This document shows, piece after piece, positions 25,201-40,200 of a stretch of 64,000 nt of DNA. How positions within the stretch are numbered: position 1 is the stretch's first letter; each line of letters starts with the position of its first letter. Under the pieces are notes generated by a model. It saw nothing but the letters and a program-made list of their open reading frames with translations, searched no databases and was not told the origin of the DNA. The DNA comes from Eledone cirrhosa (lineage: Eukaryota). The stretch covers positions 496,001-560,000 of the forward strand of contig OZ024742.1 of assembly GCA_964016885.1 (NCBI GenBank), written 5' to 3'. Both the position numbers and the translations under genes were made by a program.

Positions 25201-28200
25201 ATGGTCAGTGGCTGGTGACAGGTCAGTTATATGGTCAGTTGCTGGTGACAGGACAGTCATATGGTCAGTTTCTGGTGACAGGACAGTTATATGGACAGTT
25301 GCTGGTGACAGGACAGTTATATGGTCAGTTGCTGGTGACAGGACAGTTATATGGTCAGAGGCTGATGACAGGACAGTTATATGGTCTGTTTCTGGTGACA
25401 CGACAGTTACATGGTCAGTTGCTGGTGACAGGACAGTTATATGGTCAGTTGCTGGTGACAGGACAGTCATATGGTCAGTTTCTGGTGACAGGACAGTTAT
25501 ATGGACAGTTGCTGGTGACAGGACAGTTATATGGTCAGTTGCTGGTGACAGGACAGTTATATGGTCAGAAGCTGATGACAGGACAGTTATATGGTCAGTT
25601 TCTGGTGACACGACAGTTACATGGTCAGTTGCTGGTGACAGGACAGTTATATGGTCAGTTGTTGGTGACAGGACAGTTATATGGTCAGTTGCTGGTGACA
25701 ACAGTTATATGGTCAGTTGCTTGTGACAGAACAGTTATATGGTCAGTTGCTGGTGACAGGACAGTTATATGGTCAGTTGCTGGTGACAGAACAGTTATAT
25801 GGTCAGTTGCTGGTGACAGAACAGTTATATGGTCAGTTGCTGGTGACAACAGTTATATGGTCAGTTGCTTGTGACAACAGTTATATGGTCAGTTGCTTGT
25901 GACAGAACAGTTATATGGTCAGTTGCTGGTGACAGGACAGTTATATGGACAGTTGCTGGTGACAGGACAGTTATATGGTCAGTTGCTGGTGACAGGACAG
26001 TTATATGGTCAGCGGCTGATGACAGGACAGTTATATGGTCAGTTTCTGGTGACACGACAGTTACATGGTCAGTGGCTGGTGACAGGTCAGTTATATGGTC
26101 AGTTGCTGGTGACAGGACAGTCATATGGTCAGTTTCTGGTGACAGGACAGTTATATGGACAGTTGCTGGTGACAGGACAGTTATATGGTCAGTTGCTGGT
26201 GACAGGACAGTTATATGGTCAGAGGCTGATGACAGGACAGTTATATGGTCAGTTGCTGGTGACAGGACAGTTACATGGTCAGTTGCTGGTGACAGGACAG
26301 TTATATGGTCAGTTGCTGGTGACAGGACAGTCATATGGTCAGTTTCTGGTGACAGGACAGTTATATGGACAGTTGCTGGTGACAGGACAGTTATATGGAC
26401 AGTTGCTGGTGACAGGACAGTTATATGGTCAGAGGCTGATGACAGGACAGTTATATGGTCAGTATCTGGTGACACGACAGTTACATGGTCAGTTGCTGGT
26501 GACAGGACAGTTATATGGTCAGTTGCTGGTGACAGGACAGTTATATGGTCAGTTGCTGGTGACAACAGTTATATGGTCAGTTCCTTGTGACAGAACAGTT
26601 ATATGGTCAGTTGCTGGTGACAGGACAGTTATATGGTCAGTTGCTGGTGACAGAACAGTTATATGGTCAGTTGCTGGTGACAGAACAGTTATATGGTCAG
26701 TTGCTGGTGACAACAGTTATATGGTCAGTTGCTTGTGACAGAACAGTTATATGGTCAGTTGCTGGTGACAGGACAGTTATATGGTCAGTTGCTGGTTACA
26801 GAACAGTTATATGGTCAGTTGCTGGTGACAGAACAGTTATATGGTCAGTTGCTGGTGACAACAGTTATATGGTCAGTTGCTTGTGACAGAACAGTTATAT
26901 GGTCAGTTGCTGGTGACAGGACAGTTATATGGTCAGTTGCTGGTGACAGAACAGTTATATGGTCAGTTGCTGGTGACAGAACAGTTATATGGACAGTTGC
27001 TGGTGACAGGACAGTTATATGGTCAGTTGCTGGTGACAGGACAGTTATATGGTCAGTTGCTGGTGACAGGACAGTTATATGGTCAGTTGCTGGTGACAAG
27101 TTATATGGTCAGTTGTTGGTGACAGGACAGTTATATGGTCAGTTGATGGTGACAGGACAGCTATATGGTCAGTTGCTGGTGACAACAGTTATATGGTCAG
27201 TTGCTGGTGACAGGAGAGTTATATGGTCAGTTGCTGGTGACAGGTCAGTTCTATGGTCAGTTGCTGGTGACAGGACAGTTACATGGTCAGTTGATGGTGA
27301 CAGGAGAGTTATATGGTCAGTTGCTGCTGACAGGACAGTTATATGGTCAGTTGCTGGTGACAGGAGAGTTATATGGTCAGTTGCTGGTGACAGGAGAGTT
27401 ACATGGTCAGTTGCTGGTGACCGGACAGTTATATGATCAGTGGCTGCTGACAGGAGTTATATGGTCAGTTGCTGGGGACAGGACAGTTATATGGTCAGTT
27501 GCTGGTGACAGGACAGTTACATGGTCAGTTGATGGTGACAGGAGAGTTATATGGTCAGTTGCTGCTGACAGGACAGTTATATGGTCAGTTGCTGGTGACA
27601 GGAGAGTTATATGGTCAGTTGCTGGTCACAGGAGAGTTATATGGTCAGTTGCTGGTCACAGGAGAGTTACATGGTCAGTTGCTGGTGACCGGACAGTTAT
27701 ACGATCAGTGGCTGCTGACAGGAGAGTTATATGGTCAGTTGCTGGTGACAGGACAGTTACATGGTCAGTTGCTGGTGACAGCACAGTTATATGGTCAGTT
27801 GCTGGTGACAGGACAGTTACATGGTCAGTTGCTGGTGACAGGACAGTTACATGGTCAGTTGCTGGTAACAGGACAGTTATATGATCAGTGGCTGCTGACA
27901 GGAGTTATATGGTCAGTTGCTGGGGACAGGACAGTTATATGGTCAGTTGCTGGTGACAGGACAGTTACATGGTCAGTTGATGGTGACAGGAGAGTTATAT
28001 GGTCAGTTGCTGGTGACAGGACAGTTATATGGTCAGTTGCTGGTGACAGGAGAGTTATATGGTCAGTTGCTGGTGACAGGAGAGTTACATGGTCAGTTGC
28101 TGGTGACAGGACAGTTATATGATCAATGGCTGCTGACAGGACAGTTATATGGTCAGTTGCTGGTGAGAGGACAGTTATATGGTCAGTTGCTGGTGACAGG

Positions 28201-31200
28201 ACAGTTACATGGTTAGTTGCTGGTGACAGCACAGTTATATGGTCAGTTGCTGGTGACAACAGTTATATGGTCAGTTGCTGGTGACAGAACAGTTATATGG
28301 TCAGTTGCTGGTGACAGCACAGTTATATGGTCAGTTGCTGGTGACAGCACAGTTATATGGTCAGTTGCTGGTGACAGGAGAGTTATATGGTCAGTTGCTG
28401 GTGACAGGAGAGTTACATGGTCAGTTGCTGGTGACCGGACAGTTATATGATCAGTGGCTGCTGACAGGACAGTTATATGGTCAGTTGCTGGTGACAGGAC
28501 AGTTATATGGTCAGTTGCTGGTGACAGGACAGTTATATGGTCAGTTGCTGGTGACAGGACAGTTACATGGTCAGTTGCTGGTGACAGCACAGTTAAATGG
28601 TCAGTTGCTGGTGACAACAGTTATATGGTCAGTTGCTGGTGACAGAACAGTTATATGGTCAGTTGCTGGTGACAGCACAGTTATATGGTCAGTTGCTGGT
28701 GACAGGACAGTTATATGGTCAGTTGCTGGTGACAGAACAGTTATATGGTCAGTGGCTGGTGACAGGACAGTTATATGGTCAGTTGCTGGTGACAACAGTT
28801 ATATGGTCAGTTGCTGGTGACAACAGTTATATGGTCAGTTGCTGGTGACAGGACAGTTATATGGTCAGTTGCTGGTGACAGGACAGTCATATGGTCAGTT
28901 GCTGGTGACAGGACAGTTATATGGACAGTTGCTGGTGACAGGACAGTTATATGGTCAGTTGCTGGTGACAGGACAGTTATATGGTCAGAGGCTGATGACA
29001 GGACAGTTATATGGTCAGTTTCTGGTGACACGACAGTTACATGGTCAGTGGCTGGTGACAGGTCAGTTATATGATCAGTTGCTGGTGACAGGACAGTTAT
29101 ATGGTCAGTTGTTGGTGACAGGATAGTTATATGGTCAGTTGCTGGTTACAGAACAGTTATATGGTCAGTTGCTGGTGTCAGAACAGTTATATGGTCAGTT
29201 GCTGGTGACAACAGTTATATGGTCAGTTGCTTGTGACAGAACAGTTATATGGTCAGTTGCTGGTGACAGGACAGTTATATGGTCAGTTGCTGGTGACAGA
29301 ACAGTTATATGGTCAGTTGCTGGTGACAGAACAGTTATATGGACAGTTGCTGGTGACAGGACAGTTATATGGTCAGTTGCTGGTGACAGGACAGTTATAT
29401 GGTCAGTTGCTGGTGACAAGTTATATGGTCAGTTGTTGGTGACAGGACAGTTATATGGTCAGTTGATGGTGACAGGACAGTTATATGGTCAGTTGCTGGT
29501 GACAAGTTATATGGTCAGTTGCTGGTGACAGGAGAGTTATATGGTCAGTTGCTGGTGACAGGTCAGTTCTATGGTCAGTTGCTGGTGACAGGACAGTTAC
29601 ATGGTCAGTTGATGGTGACAGGAGAGTTATATGGTCAGTTGCTGCTGACAGGACAGTTATATGGTCAGTTGCTGGTGACAGGAGAGTTATATGGTCAGTT
29701 GCTGGTGACAGGAGAGTTACATGGTCAGTTGCTGGTGACCGGACAGTTATATGATCAGTGGCTGCTGACAGGAGTTATATGGTCAGTTGCTGGGGACAGG
29801 ACAGTTATATGGTCAGTTGCTGGTGACAGGACAGTTACATGGTCAGTTGATGGTGACAGGAGAGTTATATGGTCAGTTGCTGCTGACAGGAGAGTTATAT
29901 GGTCAGTTGCTGCTGACAGGACAGTTATATGGTCAGTTGCTGGTGACAGGAGAGTTATATGGTCAGTTGCTGGTGACAGGAGAGTTATATGGTCAGTTGC
30001 TGGTGACAGGAGAGTTACATGGTCAGTTGCTGGTGACCGGACAGTTATATGATCAGTGGCTGCTGACAGGAGAGTTATATGGTCAGTTGCTGGTGACAGG
30101 ACAGTTACATGGTCAGTTGCTGGTGACAGAACAGTTATATGGTCAGTTGCTGGTGACAGGACAGTTACATGGTCAGTTGCTGGTAACAGGACAGTTATAT
30201 GATCAGTGGCTGCTGACAGGAGTTATATGGTCAGTTGCTGGGGACAGGACAGTTATATGGTCAGTTGCTGGTGACAGGACAGTTATATGGTCAGTTGCTG
30301 GTGACAGGACAGTTACATGGTCAGTTGATGGTGACAGGAGAGTTATATGGTCAGTTGCTGCTGACAGGACAGTTATATGGTCAGTTGCTGGTGACAGGAC
30401 AGTTATATGGTCAGTTGCTGGTGACAGGACAGTTATATGGTCAGTTGATGGTGACAGGAGAGTTATATGGTCAGTTGCTGCTGACAGGACAGTTATATGG
30501 TCAGTTGCTGGTGACAGGAGAGTTATATGGTCAGTTGCTGGTGACAGGAGAGTTACATGGTCAGTTGCTGGTGACCGGACAGTTATATGATCAGTGGCTG
30601 CTGACAGGACAGTTATATGGTCAGTTGCTGGTGAGAGGACAGTTATATGGTCAGTTGCTGGTGACAGGACAGTTATATGGTCAGTTGCTGGTGACAGGAC
30701 AGTTACGTGGTCAGTTGCTGGTGACAGCACAGTTATATGGTCAGTTGCTGGTGACAACAGTTATATGGTCAGTTGCTGGTGACAGAACAGTTATATGGTC
30801 AGTTGCTGGTGACAGCACAGTTATATGGTCAGTTGCTGGTGACAGGACAGTTATATGGTCAGTTGCTGGTGACAGGAGAGTTACATGGTCAGTTGCTGGT
30901 GACAGGAGAGTTACATGGTCAGTTGCTGGTGACCGGACAGTTATATGATCAGTGGCTGCTGACAGGACAGTTATATGGTCAGTTGCTGGTGACAGGACAG
31001 TTATATGGTCAGTTGCTGGTGACAGGACAGTTATATGGTCAGTTGCTGGTGACAGGTCAGTTATATGGTCAGTTGATGGTGACAGGACAGTTATATGGTC
31101 AGTTGCTGGTGACAGGACAGTTATATGGGCAGTTGATGGTGACAGGACAGTTATATGGTCAGTTGATGGTGACAGGACAGTTATATGGTCAGTTGCTGGT

Positions 31201-34200
31201 GACAGGACAGTTATATGGTCAGTTGGTGACAGGACAGTTATATGGTCAGTTGATGGTGACAGGACAGTTATATGGTCAGTTGCTGGTGACAGGACAGTTA
31301 TATGGTCAGTTGCTGGTGACAGGACAGTTATATGGTCAGTTGCTGGTGACAGGACAGTTATATGGTCAGTTGATGGTGACAGGACAGTTATATGGTCAGT
31401 TGCTGGTGACAGGACAGTTATATGGTCAGTTGCTGGTGACAGGACAGTTATATGGTCAGTTGCTGGTGACAGGACAGTTATATGGTCAGTTGAGGGTGAC
31501 AGGACAGTTATATGGTCAGTTGCTGGTGACGGGACAGTTATATGGTCAGTTGATGGTGACAGGACAGTTATATGGTCAGTTGCTGGTGACAGGTCAGTTA
31601 TATGGTCAGTTGCTGGTGACAGGACAGTTATATGGTCAGTTGGTGACAGGACAGTTATATGGTCAGTTGGTGACAGGACAGTTATATGGTCAGTTGCTGG
31701 TGACAGGACAGTTATATGGTCAGTTGATGGTGACAGGTCAGTTATATGGTCAGTGGCTGGTGACAGGACAGTTATATGGTCAGTGGCTGGTGACAGGTCA
31801 GTTATATGGTCAGTTGATGGTGACAGGACAGTTATATGGTCAGTTGCTGGTGACAGGTCAGTTATATGGTCAGTGGCTGGTGACAGGTCAGTTATATGGT
31901 CAGTTGATGGTGACAGGACATTATATGGTCAGTTGCTGGTGACAGGACAGTTATATGGTCAGTTGATGGTGACAGGTCAGTTATATGGTCAGTTGATGGT
32001 GACAGGACAGTTATATGGTCAGTTGCTGGTGACAGGTCAGTTATATGGTCAGTTGGTGACAGGACAGTTATATGGTCAGAGGCTGGTGACAGGACAGTTA
32101 TATGGTTAGTTGGTGACAGGACAGTTATATGGTCAGTTGATGGTGACAGGACAGTTATATGGTCAGTTGCTGGTGACAGGACAGTTATATGGTCAGAGGC
32201 TGATGACAGGACAGTTATATGGTCAGTGGCTGGTGACACGACAGTTATATGGTCAGTTGCTGGTGACAGGACAGTTATATGGTCAGTTGCTGGTGACAGG
32301 ACAGTCATATGGTCAGTTTCTGGTGACAGGACAGTCATATGGTCAGTTTCTGGTGACAGGACAGTTATATGGACAGTTGCTGGTGACAGGACAGTTATAT
32401 GGTCAGTTGCTGGTGACAGGACAGTTATATGGTCAGAGGCTGATGACAGGACAGTTATATGGTCAGTTTCTGGTGACACGACAGTTACATGGTCAGTGGC
32501 TGGTGACAGGTCAGTTATATGGTCAGTTGCTGGTGACAGGACAGTCATATGGTCAGTTTCTGGTGACAGGACAGTTATATGGACAGTTGCTGGTGACAGG
32601 ACAGTTATATGGTCAGTTGCTGGTGACAGGACAGTTATATGGTCAGAGGCTGATGACAGGACAGTTATATGGTCAGTTTCTGGTGACACGACAGTTACAT
32701 GGTCAGTTGCTGGTGACAGGACAGTTATATGGTCAGTTGTTGGTGACAGGACAGTTATATGGTCAGTTGCTGGTGACAACAGTTATATGGTCAGTTGCTT
32801 GTGACAGAACAGTTATATGGTCAGTTGCTGGTGACAGGACAGTTATATGGTCAGTTGCTGGTGACAGAACAGTTATATGGTCAGTTGCTGGTGACAGAAC
32901 AGTTATATGGTCAGTTGCTGGTGACAACAGTTATATGGTCAGTTGCTTGTGACAACAGTTATATGGTCAGTTGCTTGTGACAGAACAGTTATATGGTCAG
33001 TTGCTGGTGACAGGACAGTTATATGGACAGTTGCTGGTGACAGGACAGTTATATGGTCAGTTGCTGGTGACAGGACAGTTATATGGTCAGAGGCTGATGA
33101 CAGGACAGTTATATGGTCAGTTTCTGGTGACACGACGGTTACATGGTCAGTGGCTGGTGACAGGTCAGTTATATGGTCAGTTGCTGGTGACAGGACAGTC
33201 ATATGGTCAGTTTCTGGTGACAGGACAGTTATATGGACAGTTGCTGGTGACAGGACAGTTATATGGTCAGTTGCTGGTGACAGGACAGTTATATGGTCAG
33301 AGGCTGATGACAGGACAGTTATATGGTCAGTTTCTGGTGACACGACAGTTACATGGTCAGTTGCTGGTGACAGGACAGTTATATGGTCAGTTGCTGGTGA
33401 CAGGACAGTCATATGGTCAGTTTCTGGTGACAGGACAGTTATATGGACAGTTGCTGGTGACAGGACAGTTATATGGACAGTTGCTGGTGACAGGACAGTT
33501 ATATGGTCAGAGGCTGATGACAGGACAGTTATATGGTCAGTTTCTGGTGACACGACAGTTACATGGTCAGTTGCTGGTGACAGGACAGTTATATGGTCAG
33601 TTGCTGGTGACAGGACAGTTATATGGTCAGTTGCTGGTGACAACAGTTATATGGTCAGTTCCTTGTGACAGAACAGTTATATGGTCAGTTGCTGGTGACA
33701 GGACAGTTATATGGTCAGTTGCTTGTGACAGAACAGTTATATGGTCAGTTGCTGGTGACAGGACAGTTATATGGTCAGTTGCTGGTTACAGAACAGTTAT
33801 ATGGTCAGTTGCTGGTGACAGAACAGTTATATGGTCAGTTGCTGGTGACAACAGTTATATGGTCAGTTGCTTGTGACAGAACAGTTATATGGTCAGTTGC
33901 TGGTGACAGGACAGTTATATGGTCAGTTGCTGGTGACAGAACAGTTATATGGTCAGTTGCTGGTGACAGAACAGTTATATGGACAGTTGCTGGTGACAGG
34001 ACAGTTATATGGTCAGTTGCTGGTGACAGGACAGTTATATGGTCAGTTGCTGGTGACAGGACAGTTATATGGTCAGTTGCTGGTGACAAGTTATATGGTC
34101 AGTTGTTGGTGACAGGACAGTTATATGGTCAGTTGATGGTGACAGGACAGTTATATGGTCAGTTGCTGGTGACAACAGTTATATGGTCAGTTGCTGGTGA

Positions 34201-37200
34201 CAGGAGAGTTATATGGTCAGTTGCTGGTGACAGGTCAGTTCTATGGTCAGTTGCTGGTGACAGGACAGTTACATGGTCAGTTGATGGTGACAGGAGAGTT
34301 ATATGGTCAGTTGCTGCTGACAGGACAGTTATATGGTCAGTTGCTGGTGACAGGAGAGTTATATGGTCAGTTGCTGGTGACAGGAGAGTTACATGGTCAG
34401 TTGCTGGTGACCGGACAGTTATATGATCAGTGGCTGCTGACAGGAGTTATATGGTCAGTTGCTGGGGACAGGACAGTTATATGGTCAGTTGCTGGTGACA
34501 GGACAGTTACATGGTCAGTTGATGGTGACAGGAGAGTTATATGGTCAGTTGCTGCTGACAGGACAGTTATATGGTCAGTTGCTGGTGACAGGAGAGTTAT
34601 ATGGTCAGTTGCTGGTCACAGGAGAGTTACATGGTCAGTTGCTGGTGACCGGAGAGTTACATGGTCAGTTGCTGGTGACAGGAGAGTTATATGGTCAGTT
34701 GCTGGTGACAGGACAGTTACATGGTCAGTTGCTGGTGACAGCACAGTTATATGGTCAGTTGCTGGTGACAGGACAGTTACATGGTCAGTTGCTGGTAACA
34801 GGACAGTTATATGATCAGTGGCTGCTGACAGGAGTTATATGGTCAGTTGCTGGAGACAGGACAGTTATATGGTCAGTTGCTGGTGACGGGACAGTTACAT
34901 GGTCAGTTGATGGTGACAGGAGAGTTATATGGTCAGTTGCTGCTGACAGGACAGTTATATGGTCAGTTGCTGGTGAGAGGACAGTTATATGGTCAGTTGC
35001 TGGTGACAGGACAGTTACATGGTCAGTTGCTGGTGACAGCACAGTTATATGGTCAGTTGCTGGTGACAACAGTTATATGGTCAGTTGCTGGTGACAACAG
35101 TTATATGGTCAGTTGCTGGTGACAGCACAGTTATATGGTCAGTTGCTGGTGACAGGACAGTTATATGGTCAGTTGCTGGTGACAGGACAGTTATATGGTC
35201 AGTTGCTGGTGACAGGAGAGTTATATGGTCAGTTGCTGGTGACAGGAGAGTTACATGGTCAGTTGCTGGTGACCGGACAGTTATATGATCAGTGGCTGCT
35301 GACAGGACAGTTATATGGTCAGTTGCTGGTGACAGGACAGTTATATGGTCAGTTGCTGGTGACAGGACAGTTACATGGTCAGTTGCTGGTGACAGCACAG
35401 TTAAATGGTCAGTTGCTGGTGACAACAGTTATATGGTCAGTTGCTGGTGACAGAACAGTTATATGGTCAGTTGCTGGTGACAGCACAGTTATATGGTCAG
35501 TTGCTGGTGACAGGACAGTTATATGGTCAGTTGCTGGTGACAGGACAGTTATATGGTCAGTTGCTGGTGACAGAACAGTTATATGGTCAGTTGCTGGTGA
35601 CAGAACAGTTATATGGTCAGTGGCTGGTGACAGAACAGTTATATGGTCAGTTGCTGGTGACAGGACAGTTATATGGTCAGAGGCTGATGACAGGACAGTT
35701 ATATGGTCAGTTTCTGGTGACACGACAGTTACATGGTCAGTGGCTGGTGACAGGTCAGTTATATGGTCAGTTGCTGGTGACAGGACAGTCATATGGTCAG
35801 TTTCTGGTGACAGGACAGTTATATGGACAGTTGCTGGTGACAGGACAGTTATATGGTCAGTTGCTGGTGACAGGACAGTTATATGGTCAGAGGCTGATGA
35901 CAGGACAGTTATATGGTCAGTTTCTGGTGACACGACAGTTACATGGTCAGTTGCTGGTGACAGGACAGTTATATGGTCAGTTGCTGGTGACAGGACAGTC
36001 ATATGGTCAGTTTCTGGTGACAGGACAGTTATATGGACAGTTGCTGGTGACAGGACAGTTATATGGACAGTTGCTGGTGACAGGACAGTTATATGGTCAG
36101 AGGCTGATGACAGGACAGTTATATGGTCAGTTTCTGGTGACACGACAGTTACATGGTCAGTTGCTGGTGACAGGACAGTTATATGATCAGTTGCTGGTGA
36201 CAGGACAGTTATATGGTCAGTTGCTGGTGACAACAGTTATATGGTCAGTTCCTTGTGACAGAACAGTTATATGGTCAGTTGCTGGTGACAGGACAGTTAT
36301 ATGGTCAGTTGCTGGTGACAGAACAGTTATATGGTCAGTTGCTGGTGACAGAACAGTTATATGGTCAGTTGCTGGTGACAACAGTTATATGGTCAGTTGC
36401 TTGTGACAGAAGTTATATGGTCAGTTGCTGGTGACAGGACAGTTATATGGTCAGTTGCTGGTTACAGAACAGTTATATGGTCAGTTGCTGGTGACAGAAC
36501 AGTTATATGGTCAGTTGCTGGTGACAACAGTTATATGGTCAGTTGCTTGTGACAGAACAGTTATATGGTCAGTTGCTGGTGACAGGACAGTTATATGGTC
36601 AGTTGCTGGTGACAGAACAGTTATATGGTCAGTTGCTGGTGACAGAACAGTTATATGGACAGTTGCTGGTGACAGGACAGTTATATGGTCAGTTGCTGGT
36701 GACAGGACAGTTATATGGTCAGTTGCTGGTGACAGGACAGTTATATGGTCAGTTGCTGGTGACAAGTTATATGGTCAGTTGTTGGTGACAGGACAGTTAT
36801 ATGGTCAGTTGATGGTGACAGGACAGTTATATGGTCAGTTGCTGGTGACAAGTTATATGGTCAGTTGCTGGTGACAGGAGAGTTATATGGTCAGTTGCTG
36901 GTGACAGGTCAGTTCTATGGTCAGTTGCTGGTGACAGGACAGTTACATGGTCAGTTGATGGTGACAGGAGAGTTATATGGTCAGTTGCTGCTGACAGGAC
37001 AGTTATATGGTCAGTTGCTGGTGACAGGAAAGTTATATGGTCAGTTGCTGGTGACAGGAGAGTTACATGGTCAGTTGCTGGTGACCGGACAGTTATATGA
37101 TCAGTGGCTGCTGACAGGAGTTATATGGTCAGTTGCTGGGGACAGGACAGTTATATGGTCAGTTGCTGGTGACAGGACAGTTACATGGTCAGTTGATGGT

Positions 37201-40200
37201 GACAGGAGAGTTATATGGTCAGTTGCTGCTGACAGGACAGTTATATGGTCAGTTGCTGGTGACAGGAGAGTTATATGGTCAGTTGCTGGTCACAGGAGAG
37301 TTACATGGTCAGTTGCTGGTGACCGGACAGTTATATGATCAGTGGCTGCTGACAGGAGAGTTATATGGTCAGTTGCTGGTGACAGGACAGTTACATGGTC
37401 AGTTGCTGGTGACAGCACAGTTATATGGTCAGTTGCTGGGGACAGGACAGTTATATGGTCAGTTGCTGGTGACAGGACAGTTACATGGTCAGTTGATGGT
37501 GACAGGAGAGTTATATGGTCAGTTGCTGCTGACAGGACAGTTATATGGTCAGTTGCTGGTGACAGGAGAGTTATATGGTCAGTTGCTGGTGACAGGAGAG
37601 TTACATGGTCAGTTGCTGGTGACCGGACAGTTATATGATCAATGGCTGCTGACAGGACAGTTATATGGTCAGTTGCTGGTGAGAGGACAGTTATATGGTC
37701 AGTTGCTGGTGACAGGACAGTTACATGGTCAGTTGCTGGTGACAGCACAGTTATATGGTCAGTTGCTGGTGACAACAGTTATATGGTCAGTTGCTGGTGA
37801 CAGAACAGTTATATGGTCAGTTGCTGGTGACAGCACAGTTATATGGTCAGTTGCTGGTGACAGGACAGTTATATGGTCAGTTGCTGGTGACAGGAGAGTT
37901 ATATGGTCAGTTGCTGGTGACAGGAGAGTTACATGGTCAGTTGCTGGTGACCGGACAGTTATATGATCAGTGGCTGCTGACAGGACAGTTATATGGTCAG
38001 TTGCTGGTGACAGGACAGTTATATGGTCAGTTGCTGGTGACAGCACAGTTATATGGTCAGTTGCTGGTGACAGGACAGTTATATGGTCAGTTGCTGGTGA
38101 CAGAACAGTTATATGGTCAGTGGCTGGTGACAGGACAGTTATATGGTCAGTTGCTGGTGACAACAGTTATATGGTCAGTTGCTGGTGACAACAGTTATAT
38201 GGTCAGTTGCTGGTGACAGGACAGTTATATGGTCAGTTGCTGGTGACAGGACAGTCATATGGTCAGTTGCTGGTGACAGGACAGTTATATGGACAGTTCC
38301 TGGTGACAGGACAGTTATATGGTCAGTTGCTGGTGACAGGACAGTTATATGGTCAGAGGCTGATGACAGGACAGTTATATGGTCAGTTTCTGGTGACACG
38401 ACAGTTACATGGTCAGTGGCTGGTGACAGGTCAGTTATATGATCAGTTGCTGGTGACAGGACAGTTATATGGTCAGTTGTTGGTGACAGGATAGTTATAT
38501 GGTCAGTTGCTGGTTACAGAACAGTTATATGGTCAGTTGCTGGTGTCAGAACAGTTATATGGTCAGTTGCTGGTGACAAGTTATATGGTCAGTTGCTTGT
38601 GACAGAACAGTTATATGGTCAGTTGCTGGTGACAGGACAGTTATATGGTCAGTTGCTGGTGACAGAACAGTTATATGGTCAGTTGCTGGTGACAGAACAG
38701 TTATATGGACAGTTGCTGGTGACAGGACAGTTATATGGTCAGTTGCTGGTGACAGGACAGTTATATGGTCAGTTGCTGGTGACAAGTTATATGGTCAGTT
38801 GTTGGTGACAGGACAGTTATATGGTCAGTTGATGGTGACAGGACAGTTATATGGTCAGTTGCTGGTGACAACAGTTATATGGTCAGTTGCTGGTGACAGG
38901 AGAGTTATATGGTCAGTTGCTGGTGACAGGTCAGTTCTATGGTCAGTTGCTGGTGACAGGACAGTTACATGGTCAGTTGATGGTGACAGGAGAGTTATAT
39001 GGTCAGTTGCTGCTGACAGGACAGTTATATGGTCAGTTGCTGGTGACAGGAGAGTTATATGGTCAGTTGCTGGTGACAGGAGAGTTACATGGTCAGTTGC
39101 TGGTGACCGGACAGTTATATGATCAGTGGCTGCTGACAGGAGTTATATGGTCAGTTGCTGGGGACAGGAGAGTTATATGGTCAGTTGCTGGTGACAGGAC
39201 AGTTACATGGTCAGTTGATGGTGACAGGAGAGTTATATGGTCAGTTGCTGCTGACAGGACAGTTATATGGTCAGTTGCTGGTGACAGGAGAGTTATATGG
39301 TCAGTTGCTGGTGACAGGAGAGTTACATGGTCAGTTGCTGGTGACCGGACAGTTATATGATCAGTGGCTGCTGACAGGAGTTATATGGTCAGTTGCTGGG
39401 GACAGGACAGTTATATGGTCAGTTGCTGGTGACAGGACAGTTACATGGTCAGTTGATGGTGACAGGAGAGTTATATGGTCAGTTGCTGCTGACAGGACAG
39501 TTACATGGTCAGTTGCTGGTGACAGCACAGTTATATGGTCAGTTGCTGGTGACAACAGTTATATGGTCAGTTGCTGGTGACAGAACAGTTATATGGTCAG
39601 TTGCTGGTGACAGCACAGTTATATGGTCAGTTGCTGGTGACAGGACAGTTATATGGTCAGTTGCTGGTGACAGGAGAGTTATATGGTCAGTTGCTGGTGA
39701 CAGGAGGGTTACATGGTCAGTTGCTGGTGACCGGACAGTTATATGATCAGTGGCTGCTGACAGGACAGTTATATGGTCAGTTGCTGGTGACAGGACAGTT
39801 ATATGGTCAGTTGCTGGTGACAGGACAGTTACATGGTCAGTTGCTGGTGACAGCACAGTTAAATGGTCAGTTGCTGGTGACAACAGTTATATGGTCAGTT
39901 GCTGGTGACAGAACAGTTATATGGTCAGTTGCTGGTGACAGCACAGTTATATGGTCAGTTGCTGGTGACAGGACAGTTATATGGTCAGTTGCTGGTGACA
40001 GAACAGTTATATGGTCAGTGGCTGGTGACAGAACAGTTATATGGTCAGTTGCTGGTGACAGGACAGTTATATGGTCAGAGGCTGATGACAGGACAGTTAT
40101 ATGGTCAGTTTCTGGTGACACGACAGTTACATGGTCAGTGGCTGGTGACAGGTCAGTTATATGGTCAGTTGCTGGTGACAGGACAGTCATATGGTCAGTT